A stretch of 63,798 nucleotides of DNA, filler included, from Licmophora abbreviata (taxonomy: Eukaryota), in the NCBI GenBank assembly GCA_900291995.1. It is 18 parts of 18 records of this genome, joined end to end, with 100 filler letters (N's around TTAATTAATTAA, not from the genome) between each part and the next. Parts side by side here need not be neighbours in the genome. Positions count along the whole stretch, not along the records: positions 1 to 4,932 come from OLMU01001806.1; positions 5,033 to 8,254 come from OLMU01001808.1; positions 8,355 to 10,933 come from OLMU01001809.1; 15 more parts are not named here. One strand, written 5' to 3'. Each line of letters opens with the position of its first letter. Within the stretch, counting starts at the first letter, position 1. Below, in pieces: positions 1 to 9,875 of the stretch. A program made the translations under genes and the position numbers. Below the pieces are notes generated by a model, which saw nothing but the letters and a program-made list of their open reading frames with translations, ran no database searches and was not told where the DNA came from.

Positions 1-2
1 CA

Positions 3-1301
3 GCCTGCGGGCGGGACTTCGACGCCGATGTCGATCTGCGCGCTCTCGATCCTTTCTATGAAATCCGCTGGCCTGATGGCAGCCATTTCACCGCACGTCA
101 GGATGACGCCGCGATGAAGGCCGAGGTGGCGCGCCTGTCGCCCGGTGATCTGAAGGGCTATGAGAAATTTCTGGCCGACAGCGAGCGGCGCTACTGGGTC
201 GGGTTCGAGGATCTGGGCCGGCGCTCGATGCACAAGCTGTGGGATCTGATAAAGGTTCTGCCGACCTTTGCGATGCTGCGCGCCGATCGCTCGGTCGCAG
301 CTCACGCCGCGATGCGTGTCAAGGACGAGCGCCTGCGCATGGCGCTGTCGTTCCATCCGCTGTTCATCGGCGGCGATCCGTTCAATGTCACGTCGATGTA
401 TGCGCTTGTCAGTCATCTGGAAAAGGCCTTTGGCGTGCATTACGCCATGGGCGGCGTCGATGCGATTGCCCGGGCCATGGTGCGGGTGATCGAGGATCAG
501 GGCGGCATCATGCGCCAGAATGCCGAAGTCGATGAGATCCTGCTCAAGGCGGGCCGCGCGCGGGGCGTGCGCCTGACCGGTGGCGAGATCGTGACTGCCG
601 ATATCGTGGTGTCGAACGCCGATGCGGGCCACACCTATGACCATCTGCTGCGCAATCACCGCAAACGCCGCTGGACGCCGGCGCGGCTGAAACGCTCGAG
701 ATGGTCCATGGGGCTCTTCGTTTGGTATTTCGGCACCAAAGGCACGTCCGAGATGTGGCCCGATGCAGGCCATCACACGATCCTGAGCGGTCCGCGTTAT
801 GAGGGGCTGGTCCGCGACATCTTTCGGACGGGCGTTCTGGCCGATGACATGAGCCTTTATGTCCACCGGCCCAGTGTGACCGATCCCGGCGTGGCCCCGG
901 AAGGCGGCGATACGTTCTACGCGCTCAGTCCTGTGCCGCATCTGGGCCATGCCAATCCCGTTGACTGGTCCGAAATGGAAGAAACCTATCGCCAGAAGGT
1001 GCAGTCGGTTCTTGAGGAACAGCTTTTGCCGGGTCTGGGCGATCATCTGTCGGCGTCATGCGTGTTCACGCCGGACACGTTCCGAGACCGTTATCTCAGC
1101 CCTTATGGGACCGGCTTCTCGATCGAGCCGCGCATCCTGCAAAGCGCATGGTTCCGCCCGCATAATGTGAGCGAAGAGGCCAAGGGCCTTTACCTCGTGG
1201 GGGCGGGCACGCATCCCGGCGCAGGCCTGCCGGGCGTGATTTCCAGCGCCGAGGTGCTGGATCAACTGGTGCCCGATCCGCAAACGGTGATGCCGTCATG
1301 A
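3..1301 (+). CDS. crtI: phytoene desaturase (5' partial)
   Basis: Open from the window start; SFHPLFIGGDPF and C-terminal YLVGAGTHPGAGLPGV motifs; stop overlaps crtB start. Confidence 0.95.
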   Translation, partial: ACGRDFDADVDLRALDPFYEIRWPDGSHFTARQDDAAMKAEVARLSPGDLKGYEKFLADSERRYWVGFEDLGRRSMHKLWDLIKVLPTFAMLRADRSVAAHAAMRVKDERLRMALSFHPLFIGGDPFNVTSMYALVSHLEKAFGVHYAMGGVDAIARAMVRVIEDQGGIMRQNAEVDEILLKAGRARGVRLTGGEIVTADIVVSNADAGHTYDHLLRNHRKRRWTPARLKRSRWSMGLFVWYFGTKGTSEMWPDAGHHTILSGPRYEGLVRDIFRTGVLADDMSLYVHRPSVTDPGVAPEGGDTFYALSPVPHLGHANPVDWSEMEETYRQKVQSVLEEQLLPGLGDHLSASCVFTPDTFRDRYLSPYGTGFSIEPRILQSAWFRPHNVSEEAKGLYLVGAGTHPGAGLPGVISSAEVLDQLVPDPQTVMPS

Positions 1302-2344
1302 TTGATCCGCGCGACATGGAGCATTGCGTCGAGGCGATCCGGCATGGGTCTTTGTCTTTCCATGCGGCGTCCCGGCTGTTGCCGCGCTCTCTGCGTGATC
1401 CGGCATTGGCGCTTTATGCGTTTTGCCGGTTGGCCGATGATGCGGTGGATTTGCACGATGCCAAGGCGGATGCTGTCCTGTCGCTGCATGAGCGGCTGGA
1501 CAAGGCCTATGCGGGGCGGCCGCGCAATGCGCCTGCGGATCGCGCCTTTACCGCCGTGATCGAGGATTTCGACATGCCGCGCGCCTTGCCCGAGGCGCTG
1601 CTGGAGGGGCTTGCATGGGATGCCGGTGGCCGGCGTTATGCCAGCCTGTCGGAGCTGCGCGCTTATTCGGCGCGGGTGGCGTCGGCGGTTGGAGTGATGA
1701 TGTGCGTGTTGATGCGCGTGCGGGATCGCGATGCGCTGGCCCGGGCCTGTGATCTGGGCGTTGCGATGCAGCTGACCAATATCGCCCGTGACGTGGGCGA
1801 GGATGCCCGCGAGGGCCGGCTTTACATGCCGACCGAATGGATGGAGCAGGAGGGCCTGGCGCCCGAGGCGTTTCTGGAATCGCCGCGCCCCTGTCCCGAG
1901 ATGGCGGCCATGGTCCGGCGATTGCTGCGCGAGGCGGATGATCTGTATGTGCGCGGGGCGGCGGGGATCGCCGCGCTGCCCCTGGCATGCCGTCCCGGCA
2001 TTTTCGCCGCGCGGCATATCTATGCCGGGATCGGCGGACAGGTGCGTGCGGCGGGGCACGATTCGATTTCGCGCCGTGCGCGCACTGGCGGCTGGCAGAA
2101 GATGGGCTGGCTTGGTCTGTCGATCCTGCAGGCGGGCGGCTCGGTCGTCATACCCGGATCGCCCTTGATCTATGCGCGGCCCTTGCCGGAAACGGTATTT
2201 CTGGTCGAAGCGGCGGCGGATGCCAAGCCTGCGACCGATTGGAGCGAGACGCTTTACGAAACTCTGGCTGAGCTTAAGTCAAAGGACAGGGAGCGCCATA
2301 TGACGTTGCCCCGGACCGGTGCGCAGGTTAGAGAGACCGCATGA
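1298..2344 (+). CDS. crtB: phytoene synthase
   Basis: YAFCRLADDAVD and LGVAMQLTNIARDVGED motifs. Confidence 0.96.
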   Translation: MIDPRDMEHCVEAIRHGSLSFHAASRLLPRSLRDPALALYAFCRLADDAVDLHDAKADAVLSLHERLDKAYAGRPRNAPADRAFTAVIEDFDMPRALPEALLEGLAWDAGGRRYASLSELRAYSARVASAVGVMMCVLMRVRDRDALARACDLGVAMQLTNIARDVGEDAREGRLYMPTEWMEQEGLAPEAFLESPRPCPEMAAMVRRLLREADDLYVRGAAGIAALPLACRPGIFAARHIYAGIGGQVRAAGHDSISRRARTGGWQKMGWLGLSILQAGGSVVIPGSPLIYARPLPETVFLVEAAADAKPATDWSETLYETLAELKSKDRERHMTLPRTGAQVRETA

Positions 2345-2817
2345 TCTGGCTTTATTTCGGAATTTTCCTTGCCGCGTGCTTCGCGGCGGGCTCGACCGGT
2401 GGGCTTTTCCCGCCGGGTAAATGGTATGACGCGCTGCAAAAGCCAAGCTGGACGCCACCCAATTGGCTGTTCCCTGTGGCGTGGACGGTCTTGTATCTGT
2501 GCATGGCGGGGGCCGGTGCGCGGGTTGCGATCAGTCCCGACAACGGGCTTGCGATGGCGCTGTGGTCGCTGCAGATCGCCTTGAACGGCCTCTGGACGCC
2601 GGTCTTTTTCGGGCTCCGGCGGATGAAGCTGGGTCTGATCGTGCTGAGCGCGCTGTGGGCGGCCGTGGCCGCGACCCTGGTGGCCCTGTGGCAGGTGGAC
2701 TGGATCGCGGGGGCGCTGTTCGTGCCCTATCTGTGCTGGGTGTCGGTGGCGGGCGCGCTGAATTTTTCGGTGCTGCGCCTCAACCCCGATGCAGAGCCCG
2801 CGCGCGAGGAGGCCTGA
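2341..2817 (+). CDS. tspO: tryptophan-rich sensory protein TspO/CrtK
   Basis: WYDALQKPSWTPPNWLFPVAW motif; 158 aa hydrophobic; follows crtB. Confidence 0.96.
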   Translation: MIWLYFGIFLAACFAAGSTGGLFPPGKWYDALQKPSWTPPNWLFPVAWTVLYLCMAGAGARVAISPDNGLAMALWSLQIALNGLWTPVFFGLRRMKLGLIVLSALWAAVAATLVALWQVDWIAGALFVPYLCWVSVAGALNFSVLRLNPDAEPAREEA

Positions 2818-2830
2818 GCCGGGCCTCTTC
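2806..2830. terminator. hairpin between convergent tspO and crtC
   Basis: gaggaggcct-gagcc-gggcctcttc imperfect inverted repeat. Confidence 0.4.
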
Positions 2831-4052
2831 AGTCGCTGAACTGCCATCCCGGACGCCGCGGCACCCGCACTGCAAGCATCGGCTTGAGCAGCGGTGATCG
2901 AAACCGCGTGAGGTCTAGCGCCTCATGCACACCGACCGTTTCCTCGCCATCGATGCAGGTGCGTACCGCCGAGCGGCAATAGAACGGTGCATCCAGCATC
3001 GCTTTGACCTGTTGCGGCTGGTAGCCCGGATCAGCCCGCGTGTCGCGCGCCACCGCCCAGAGGCTTCGGCGGATCGGAGTTTTGGGCGGCGGGCTGTCGA
3101 TCGCTTGCGCGTGGCCTGCGGCATCGAACCTTATGCCGACCCCTAACTCGCTGCCATCAAGGCGTTTCGCATCATAGAAACAGGTACTTCCGTCGCGTGT
3201 CGGATAGCGACCCCATGTCCAGTGGCTGAAATCTTGCTCAAGCGCGCGGGTGCCGAAATTGGCATCGAAATAGCCATGCCCCGTCCATGTCCAGCCCGGC
3301 GCATCGAGATCCACCTCGATGTCGCAGGTTGGCGCGAAGGGCCGCCAGATATGGGCGCCATCAGGGGTCAGCGGCATTTCCACCGAGGTGAGTGCCGACG
3401 GGACGACCCTGATTTGGCCCCGCACCCGCGAGATCATCGGCGGTGACGAGATTTCATTGATATCGATCACCAGCGCGTCGCCCTGCCAGCGCAGTGATGA
3501 GGGGCCGACGGTGAACTCGGTTTCGGTCTGGCGCAGGGCGGCGCGGCCACGGTCGGTCATGGTGAAGCGCCCGCCGGGTCCGTAGGTCGCGACATTGATA
3601 CAGACATTGTTGTCCGGCGAGCGGCGGCCCGACCACGCATACCAAGGCGAAAAGACCGATCCTATGAACGCGATGACGCTGAGGGCGCGGGTGCCGTCGT
3701 TGCTGATTCCGTCGATATACCACCATGCGTAGCCATTGGCCGGGACGTCGAGGTTGAAGTTCGGTCTTTCAAGATCGCCGCGGCCGCGTGCCGGCCTGAG
3801 AGGGTTGCCATCGGGACGCCCGCCCCCGGATGCGTCCCGCCCCCTGCCAGATACAGTCCCGGTATCGGGCTGCGCGCCGTGGGGCGCTGAAACGCCGCTG
3901 TCATGCCATGCGGGCTCTGCCCGTAAAGGGATCCGAGCGAGGCTGGAAACAGCCGGTCGAAGCCCTGCGGCGTTGTCAGGGCTTCTGGCCCCGGGATCGG
4001 ATCGAAGCTCAGTCCGAAGCGGACCAGCGTCTGGAATGTGCGTGTCCGGCAT
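2829..4052 (-). CDS. crtC: hydroxyneurosporene synthase (carotenoid 1,2-hydratase)
   Basis: GYAWWYIDG, AFIGSVFSPWY, GHGYFDANFG motifs; GAGGAG 8 nt before ATG 4052; overlaps crtD. Confidence 0.9.
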   Translation of the reverse strand: MPDTHIPDAGPLRTELRSDPGARSPDNAAGLRPAVSSLARIPLRAEPAWHDSGVSAPHGAQPDTGTVSGRGRDASGGGRPDGNPLRPARGRGDLERPNFNLDVPANGYAWWYIDGISNDGTRALSVIAFIGSVFSPWYAWSGRRSPDNNVCINVATYGPGGRFTMTDRGRAALRQTETEFTVGPSSLRWQGDALVIDINEISSPPMISRVRGQIRVVPSALTSVEMPLTPDGAHIWRPFAPTCDIEVDLDAPGWTWTGHGYFDANFGTRALEQDFSHWTWGRYPTRDGSTCFYDAKRLDGSELGVGIRFDAAGHAQAIDSPPPKTPIRRSLWAVARDTRADPGYQPQQVKAMLDAPFYCRSAVRTCIDGEETVGVHEALDLTRFRSPLLKPMLAVRVPRRPGWQFSD

Positions 4053-4932
4053 GTGTCGAACTCCTCGTGGCGTGGGGTGGCCGGGTCAAGCGGCGGTGCG
4101 TTGGCGATAATCTCGAACCGTTCCGGCGAGGGCAGGGGACCGGGCAGCCCACGATCCTGCGCACAGATATAGAGCGTCGGATCGGGGGCCAAGCGGCCTT
4201 GCTCGAGCGTGTCGAATTCGGGCTTGGGATCGTCACGGAAAAAGACGTTATGATGGGCGAGCTCGGGGCCTTGCGGCGTGGCGGCGAAGGCCCAGACCTC
4301 GGCCGAGAGGCTGCGCCCGGCCCGGATTGTCTGGGGCGCTGCGGCATCGCAACCGGAACCAAGCGCGCCGGTGGCCAAGGCGCGAGGATCGCCGTTGAAG
4401 ATGACGGTGCTGGTCGCGATGCGAGTGCCATCTGTCAGGATCACGGCGCTCACGCGCCCGCCCTGCCGCTCGATTCGTTCCACATGTGTGTCAAACCGGG
4501 TTTCGGCGCCGCGTGCCTGCGCCAGATCGCATAGCGCCCGCGCGAGACGGTGCATACCGCCCTGAACAACCCACACTCCCGCCGCCTCGGCCTGCCAGAT
4601 CAACGCCAGAAGGCCGGGTACCTTGTAGGGTGAGCCGCCGACATAGGTGGCGTAGCGTCCGAACAACTGCGCAAGTCGCGGGTCGTCGAATGTCTTGTGT
4701 AGAAGGCTTGCCAGTGTCGACAGTGGCGCCATAGGTCGAATCAGGTGCGGGTGGCGCATCACATGTGCGGCAAGCCCCGGCAGCGACGGGGCCGCGGCAC
4801 GCATCATGGGCTGCTCGAACCCTTGAAAGAGGGTCCGCGCCCGGGCCGAAAAGGCGCGGAACTGCCGCGCGGCGTTGGCTCCGGCGAAGGCGTCGATTGC
4901 CTCGGCACTGTCGGTTTCCGTGTCGAACAGGT
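3662..4932 (-). CDS. crtD: 1-hydroxycarotenoid 3,4-desaturase (5' end lost in gap)
   Basis: QLFGRYATYVGGSP, SLYGQSPHG, YLAGGGTHPGAGVPMATLSG. Confidence 0.93.
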
Positions 4933-5032
4933 NNNNNNNNNNNNNNNNNNNNNNNNNNNNNNNNNNNNNNNNNNNNTTAATTAATTAANNNNNNNNNNNN
5001 NNNNNNNNNNNNNNNNNNNNNNNNNNNNNNNN
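4933..5032. other. assembly linker (first of 17)
   Basis: N44-TTAATTAATTAA-N44; also starts at 8255, 10934, 14371, 16931, 24531, 27454, 30353, 33894, 37983, 42879, 44637, 49067, 52864, 55030, 56654, 60536. Confidence 0.99.
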
Positions 5033-5915
5033 GGCGCAAGGTGCGGGGATCGCGCCCGAGCGGATGGAGATTCTCTTGCAGGCCGGTGCCGCCATGGGGC
5101 TGATGAAGCGCCGTGGCGATGGCCGGTTCCGCCTGTCGCGCAAGGGGGCCGCTTTGATCGGTGTGCCGGGCCTTGAGGCGATGATCCGGCATCATCACGT
5201 TTTTTATCAGGACATGGCCGATCCGGTGGCCCTGCTGCGCGGCGAGGGCGAGACGGGTCTGGCGCAGTTCTGGCCTTATGTGTTTGGCGCAAAGGGCGAT
5301 ATTCCGCCCGAAGACGCGCTGCGCTATTCCGATCTGATGGCGCAATCGCAGGAGCTGGTGGCGCAGGACACGTTGCGGATGATCTCGCTGCGCGGTGTCA
5401 GTCGTCTGATGGATGTGGGCGGCGGCTCGGGGGTGTTCGTGTCGCATGTGGCGCGGCGGTATCCGCGAATCGCGCTGAGCGTGTTCGATCTGCCCGAGGT
5501 GATTCCGGATGCGCGGAAACGGCTGGGATCGGCCGGGTTCGATGGGCGCGTGATCTGCTGTGCGGGCTCGTTTCGGGACGGGCCTCTGCAGACCGGGGCG
5601 GATGCGATTTCACTGATCCGGGTGCTCTATGATCATGATGACGCAACCGTGGCCGATCTTTTGGCCAAGGTGCATGCCGCGCTCCCTCCCGGCGGGCGGC
5701 TGATCATATCCGAGCCGATGTCGGGCGGCGCAAGGCCCGATCCGATCTGCGATGTCTATTTCGCCTTCTACACAATGGCGATGGGCACCGGGCGCACACG
5801 CTCGGCTGCGAGGATCGCGGAGCTGTGCGAGTCGGCGGGTTTCGAGGCCGTGCGCGTGGCCAAGGCGCCGCGCCCCTTTGTGACCAGCGCCTTGAGTTGC
5901 AGTAAGCCGCTGTAA
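5033..5915 (+). CDS. crtF: hydroxyneurosporene O-methyltransferase (5' partial)
   Basis: SAM motif [19 protein letters not shown]; directly upstream of bchC. Confidence 0.92.
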
Positions 5916-5942
5916 GGCTTTTGCAAACAATCTCCTCCCATA

Positions 5943-5986
5943 TGTAAACTAAACTTGACACTATGGTGTGTGTCTTTAAACTTACA
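5943..5986. promoter_or_regulatory. tandem PpsR/CrtJ operators of the bchC promoter
   Basis: TGT-N12-ACA at 5943-5960 and 5969-5986, 8 nt apart; the first contains TTGACA. Confidence 0.9.
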
Positions 5987-6052
5987 AGTAGGCCTGCAAT
6001 CCGCGCTGAGTCTGTCGACCGGCAGGGGGCCCAAGGAAACAAGGAGATGTTA

Positions 6053-6994
6053 ATGGAGGCCCGCGCTGTCTTTTTGAACGGTCCAGAGGATCTTCACTTG
6101 GACACTCTCGCGCTCAAAGAGCCGGGAGCCGGGGATCTGGTCGTTGACATCGCGCATTCGGGAATCTCCACCGGCACCGAAAAGCTGTTCTGGTCAGGCC
6201 GGATGCCGCCCTTCCCGGGCATGGGTTATCCGCTTGTTCCCGGCTATGAGGCTGCAGGCGAGGTGGTCGAGGCTGCGCCCGGTACCGGTTTCAAGCCTGG
6301 GGATCATGTATTCGTCCCCGGTGCAGATTGTTTTAACGGAGCGTTCGGTCTTTTCGGCGGTGCCTCGGCGCGTCTGGTCACGAAGGCCGACCGCGTCACG
6401 CGAATCGATCCGGCCCTCGGGGCCGAGGGCGCGCTTCTGGCCTTGGCGGCCACGGCGCGGCACGCGATGGCGGGGCTCGACAAGGCCGTGCCCGATTTGA
6501 TCGTGGGGCATGGTGTGCTGGGGCGCTTGCTTGCGCGGCTGACCATCGCCGCCGGTGCGCCCGCACCCACCGTCTGGGAGACACAGGCCGACCGGCGCAC
6601 GGGCGCCACGGGATACCAGGTGATCGCCCCAGAAGACGACACGCGCCGTGACTATGGCGCAATTTACGATGCCTCGGGCAATTCGACCATTCTCAACGAT
6701 CTGGTGGGTCGCATCCGCAAGGGCGGCGAGATCGTTCTGGCCGGGTTTTACCCCGATGCGCTGAGTTTCGCCTTTCCGCCCGCTTTCATGAAAGAGGCGC
6801 GGTTCCGCGTCGCGGCGGAATGGGCGCGAGAAGATTTGACCGCCACCGCCGCACTGGTGGAGAGCGGCGCGCTGTCGCTGGAGGGGCTGATCACGCATCG
6901 CGCCTCGGCGCGGCAGGCACCCGACGCCTACAGGACGGCATTCGAAGACCCCGGATGCCTGAAAATGATACTTGATTGGGAGGATGCCGCGTGA
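6053..6994 (+). CDS. bchC: 3-hydroxyethyl bacteriochlorophyllide a dehydrogenase
   Basis: [29 protein letters not shown] before ATG 6053. Confidence 0.95.
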   Translation: MEARAVFLNGPEDLHLDTLALKEPGAGDLVVDIAHSGISTGTEKLFWSGRMPPFPGMGYPLVPGYEAAGEVVEAAPGTGFKPGDHVFVPGADCFNGAFGLFGGASARLVTKADRVTRIDPALGAEGALLALAATARHAMAGLDKAVPDLIVGHGVLGRLLARLTIAAGAPAPTVWETQADRRTGATGYQVIAPEDDTRRDYGAIYDASGNSTILNDLVGRIRKGGEIVLAGFYPDALSFAFPPAFMKEARFRVAAEWAREDLTATAALVESGALSLEGLITHRASARQAPDAYRTAFEDPGCLKMILDWEDAA

Positions 6995-7995
6995 AGGACG
7001 ATGTACCGAATCTGAAGGATTTCGACAAACGCCTGCGGGATGAGGCGGCTGAAGAGCCGACCCTGGAGGTTCCACAGGGTGAGCCGACCTCGAAAACCCA
7101 GATCATTGCGATTTATGGCAAAGGCGGGATCGGCAAATCATTCACGCTGGCCAATCTCAGTCACATGATGGCCGAACAGGGCAAACGCGTCCTGTTGATC
7201 GGCTGCGACCCCAAATCCGATACGACCTCGCTTTTGTTCGGTGGCAAGGCTTGCCCGACGATCATCGAGACCTCCACCAAGAAGAACCTCGCCGGCGAGC
7301 AGGTGCAGATCGGCGATGTCTGCTTCAAGCGCGGCGGCGTTTTCGCGATGGAGCTCGGCGGGCCGGAAGTGGGCCGTGGCTGTGGGGGTCGCGGGATTAT
7401 CCACGGCTTCGAACTGCTTGAAAAGCTGGGCTTTCATGATTGGGACTTCGATTATGTCCTGCTTGATTTCCTGGGCGACGTGGTCTGTGGCGGCTTCGGC
7501 CTGCCGATCGCGCGGGACATGGCGCAGAAGGTGATCCTTGTCGGATCGAACGATCTTCAATCGCTGTATGTGGCTAACAATGTCTGCTCGGCGGTCGAGT
7601 ATTTCCGCAAGATGGGCGGCAATGTCGGGATCGCCGGTCTGGTCATCAACAAGGACGACGGCTCGGGCGAGGCGCAGGCTTTTGCCAAGGCGGTGGATAT
7701 CCCCGTGCTGGCCGCCATCCCGCAGGATGACGATCTGCGCAAGAAATCCGCCAATTACCAGATTGTCGGCACGGCCCAAAGCCAATGGGGCGCGCTGTTT
7801 GCCGAGCTGGCCGAGGCGGTGTCTCTGGCGCCGCCGGTGCGGCCTGCACCGCTGGATCAGGACGGGCTTCTGGGGCTGTTCGATGGATCGGATACCGGGG
7901 CGGGCATCACGCTGGAGCCCGCGACCGACGAGGACATGCGCGGCAAGTACGCCGTCACGCGCGAGAGCCTGGAGGTGATCTATGACGAAGCATGA
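6991..7995 (+). CDS. bchX: chlorophyllide a reductase iron protein X
   Basis: [29 protein letters not shown] overlaps bchC stop. Confidence 0.96.
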   Translation: MKDDVPNLKDFDKRLRDEAAEEPTLEVPQGEPTSKTQIIAIYGKGGIGKSFTLANLSHMMAEQGKRVLLIGCDPKSDTTSLLFGGKACPTIIETSTKKNLAGEQVQIGDVCFKRGGVFAMELGGPEVGRGCGGRGIIHGFELLEKLGFHDWDFDYVLLDFLGDVVCGGFGLPIARDMAQKVILVGSNDLQSLYVANNVCSAVEYFRKMGGNVGIAGLVINKDDGSGEAQAFAKAVDIPVLAAIPQDDDLRKKSANYQIVGTAQSQWGALFAELAEAVSLAPPVRPAPLDQDGLLGLFDGSDTGAGITLEPATDEDMRGKYAVTRESLEVIYDEA

Positions 7996-8125
7996 TCAGT
8001 CCTGTGACCGCCGCCTGAACGACGTACGCGAGATGCTGGCGCGGGCACGCCCCGACCAGATCCGTCGCTTGATCGAGGATATTCGCACGTCTGACCAGCA
8101 CGAGGACCATCGGGGGACCGCATGA
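7982..8125 (+). CDS. 47-aa small protein between bchX and bchY
   Basis: GGAGG RBS 6 nt upstream; [47 protein letters not shown]; stop overlaps bchY ATG (ATGA). Confidence 0.65.
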   Translation: MTKHDQSCDRRLNDVREMLARARPDQIRRLIEDIRTSDQHEDHRGTA

Positions 8126-9781
8126 GCGAAGAAGTCACATATGACGACGCCGCCAATGCGCAGGTGATCGAGGGCAAGTCCGGGGACCCTACACCTGAGC
8201 TTCAGGGCGATCCGGGGCTTGGATGCCATTCGGGCGCCGAGATGGAAAAGGCCGNNNNNNNNNNNNNNNNNNNNNNNNNNNNNNNNNNNNNNNNNNNNTT
8301 AATTAATTAANNNNNNNNNNNNNNNNNNNNNNNNNNNNNNNNNNNNNNNNNNNNGCATGGCTGGCCAATCCGAGTTGCTGGACCAGTATGCCAAGGACTA
8401 TCCCCAAGGTCCGCATGACAAACCCCAAAGCATGTGCCCTGCCTTTGGCTCGCTGCGGGTTGGCCTGCGCATGAAGCGGGTGGCCACGGTGCTGTCCGGT
8501 TCGGCCTGCTGCGTTTACGGTCTGACCTTTGTGAGCCATTTCTACGGTGCGCGGCGGTCGGTCGGCTATGTGCCGTTCAATTCCGAAAGCTTGGTGACGG
8601 GCAAGCTCTTCGAGGATATCCGCGACAGCGTCCACGAGCTGGCTGATCCCGACCGCTTTGATGCGGTGGTGGTGACCAACCTTTGCGTGCCGACGGCAAG
8701 CGGTGTTCCGCTGCGGCTTTTACCAAGTGAAATCAACGGTGTAAGGATCGTCGGCATTGATGTGCCGGGGTTTGGAATCCCCACCCACGCCGAGGCCAAG
8801 GACGTGCTGGCTGGCGCGATGCTGAACTATGCGCGCAAGGAAATTCAGGCAGGACCAGTGCCCAAGCCCGCAGGTGGCGTGTCCGACAGGCCAAGCGTGG
8901 CGCTTTTGGGCGAGATGTTCCCGGTCGATCCGGTGATGATCGGCCAGATGCTGGCGCCCATGGGGCTGGCGGCAGGGCCGGTTGTGCCATGCCGCGAATG
9001 GCGCGAGCTTTATGCCGCGCTGGATTGCGGCGTGGTTGCCGCGATCCATCCGTTCTACACCGCCGCCGTCCGCGAGTTTCAGGCCGCAGGCCGCCCCATC
9101 GTGGGCAGCGCGCCCGTAGGCCATGACGGCACCGCCGCCTGGTTGGCGGGGATCGGTGACGCGTTCGGTTTGTCCGCCGACAAGGTGGCGCAGGCGCAGA
9201 ATGCGTTCCTGCCGGCGATCAAGGGCGCGCTGAGTGCAGCGCCGATCAATGGCACGATCACGTTAAGCGGATATGAAGGCAGCGAACTCTTGGTGGCCCG
9301 CCTGCTGATCGAAAGCGGCGCGGATGTGCCTTATGTGGGCACCGCCTGCCCGAAAACACCGTGGTCGGAAGCGGATGCCGAATGGCTGCGCGCCCGCGGT
9401 GTGACGGTGAAATTCCGGGCCTCGCTGGAAGACGATTGCGCGGCGATGGAAGGGTTGAAACCCGATCTGGCCATCGGCACGACGCCGGTTGTGCAAAAGG
9501 CCAAAGAGCTTGCGATTCCAGCGCTTTACTTCACAAACCTCATCTCGGCGCGACCGCTGATGGGACCTGCAGGGGCAGGCAGCTTGGCCGAGGTGGTCAA
9601 TGCCGCCATGGCGGGCAAGGCGCGCATGGAACATATGCGCGAATTCTTCGAGGGTGTGGGCACGGGCGATACCGCCGGTGTCTGGGAGGGCGATCCGAAT
9701 ATCCGCGAGGATTACCGCGCTCTGAACCTCAAGAAACTGGAAAAACAGCGCCGCGCCGCCAAGGCGCAGGAGATGATCTGA
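8122..9781 (+). CDS. bchY: chlorophyllide a reductase subunit Y (spans gap 8255-8354)
   Basis: [26 protein letters not shown]. Confidence 0.95.
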
Positions 9782-9806
9782 TGGGGGTTCGGGGGCAAAA
9801 TATCCG

Positions 9807-9846
9807 CTTCGGTATCACGTCGGTATCACGTCGGTATTGCGTCGGT
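9807..9846 (+). repeat. 11-bp tandem array (consensus GTCGGTATCAC), copy 1
   Basis: c-ttcggtatcac-gtcggtatcac-gtcggtattgc-gtcggt; 39/40 identical to 50411-50450. Confidence 0.9.
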
Positions 9847-9875
9847 GCGACTCACCGCCAGACAGGCGGTGCGCC

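Noticed and set aside
4977..4988. TTAATTAATTAA palindrome recurring 17 times
   Set aside because: Always centred in N runs; an artificial six-frame-stop contig linker
5911..5929. Third PpsR-like box TGT-N13-ACA
   Set aside because: Spacing is off by one from the consensus; unsupported
9807..9846. CRISPR interpretation of the 11-mer arrays
   Set aside because: Units are too short, there are no unique spacers and no cas genes
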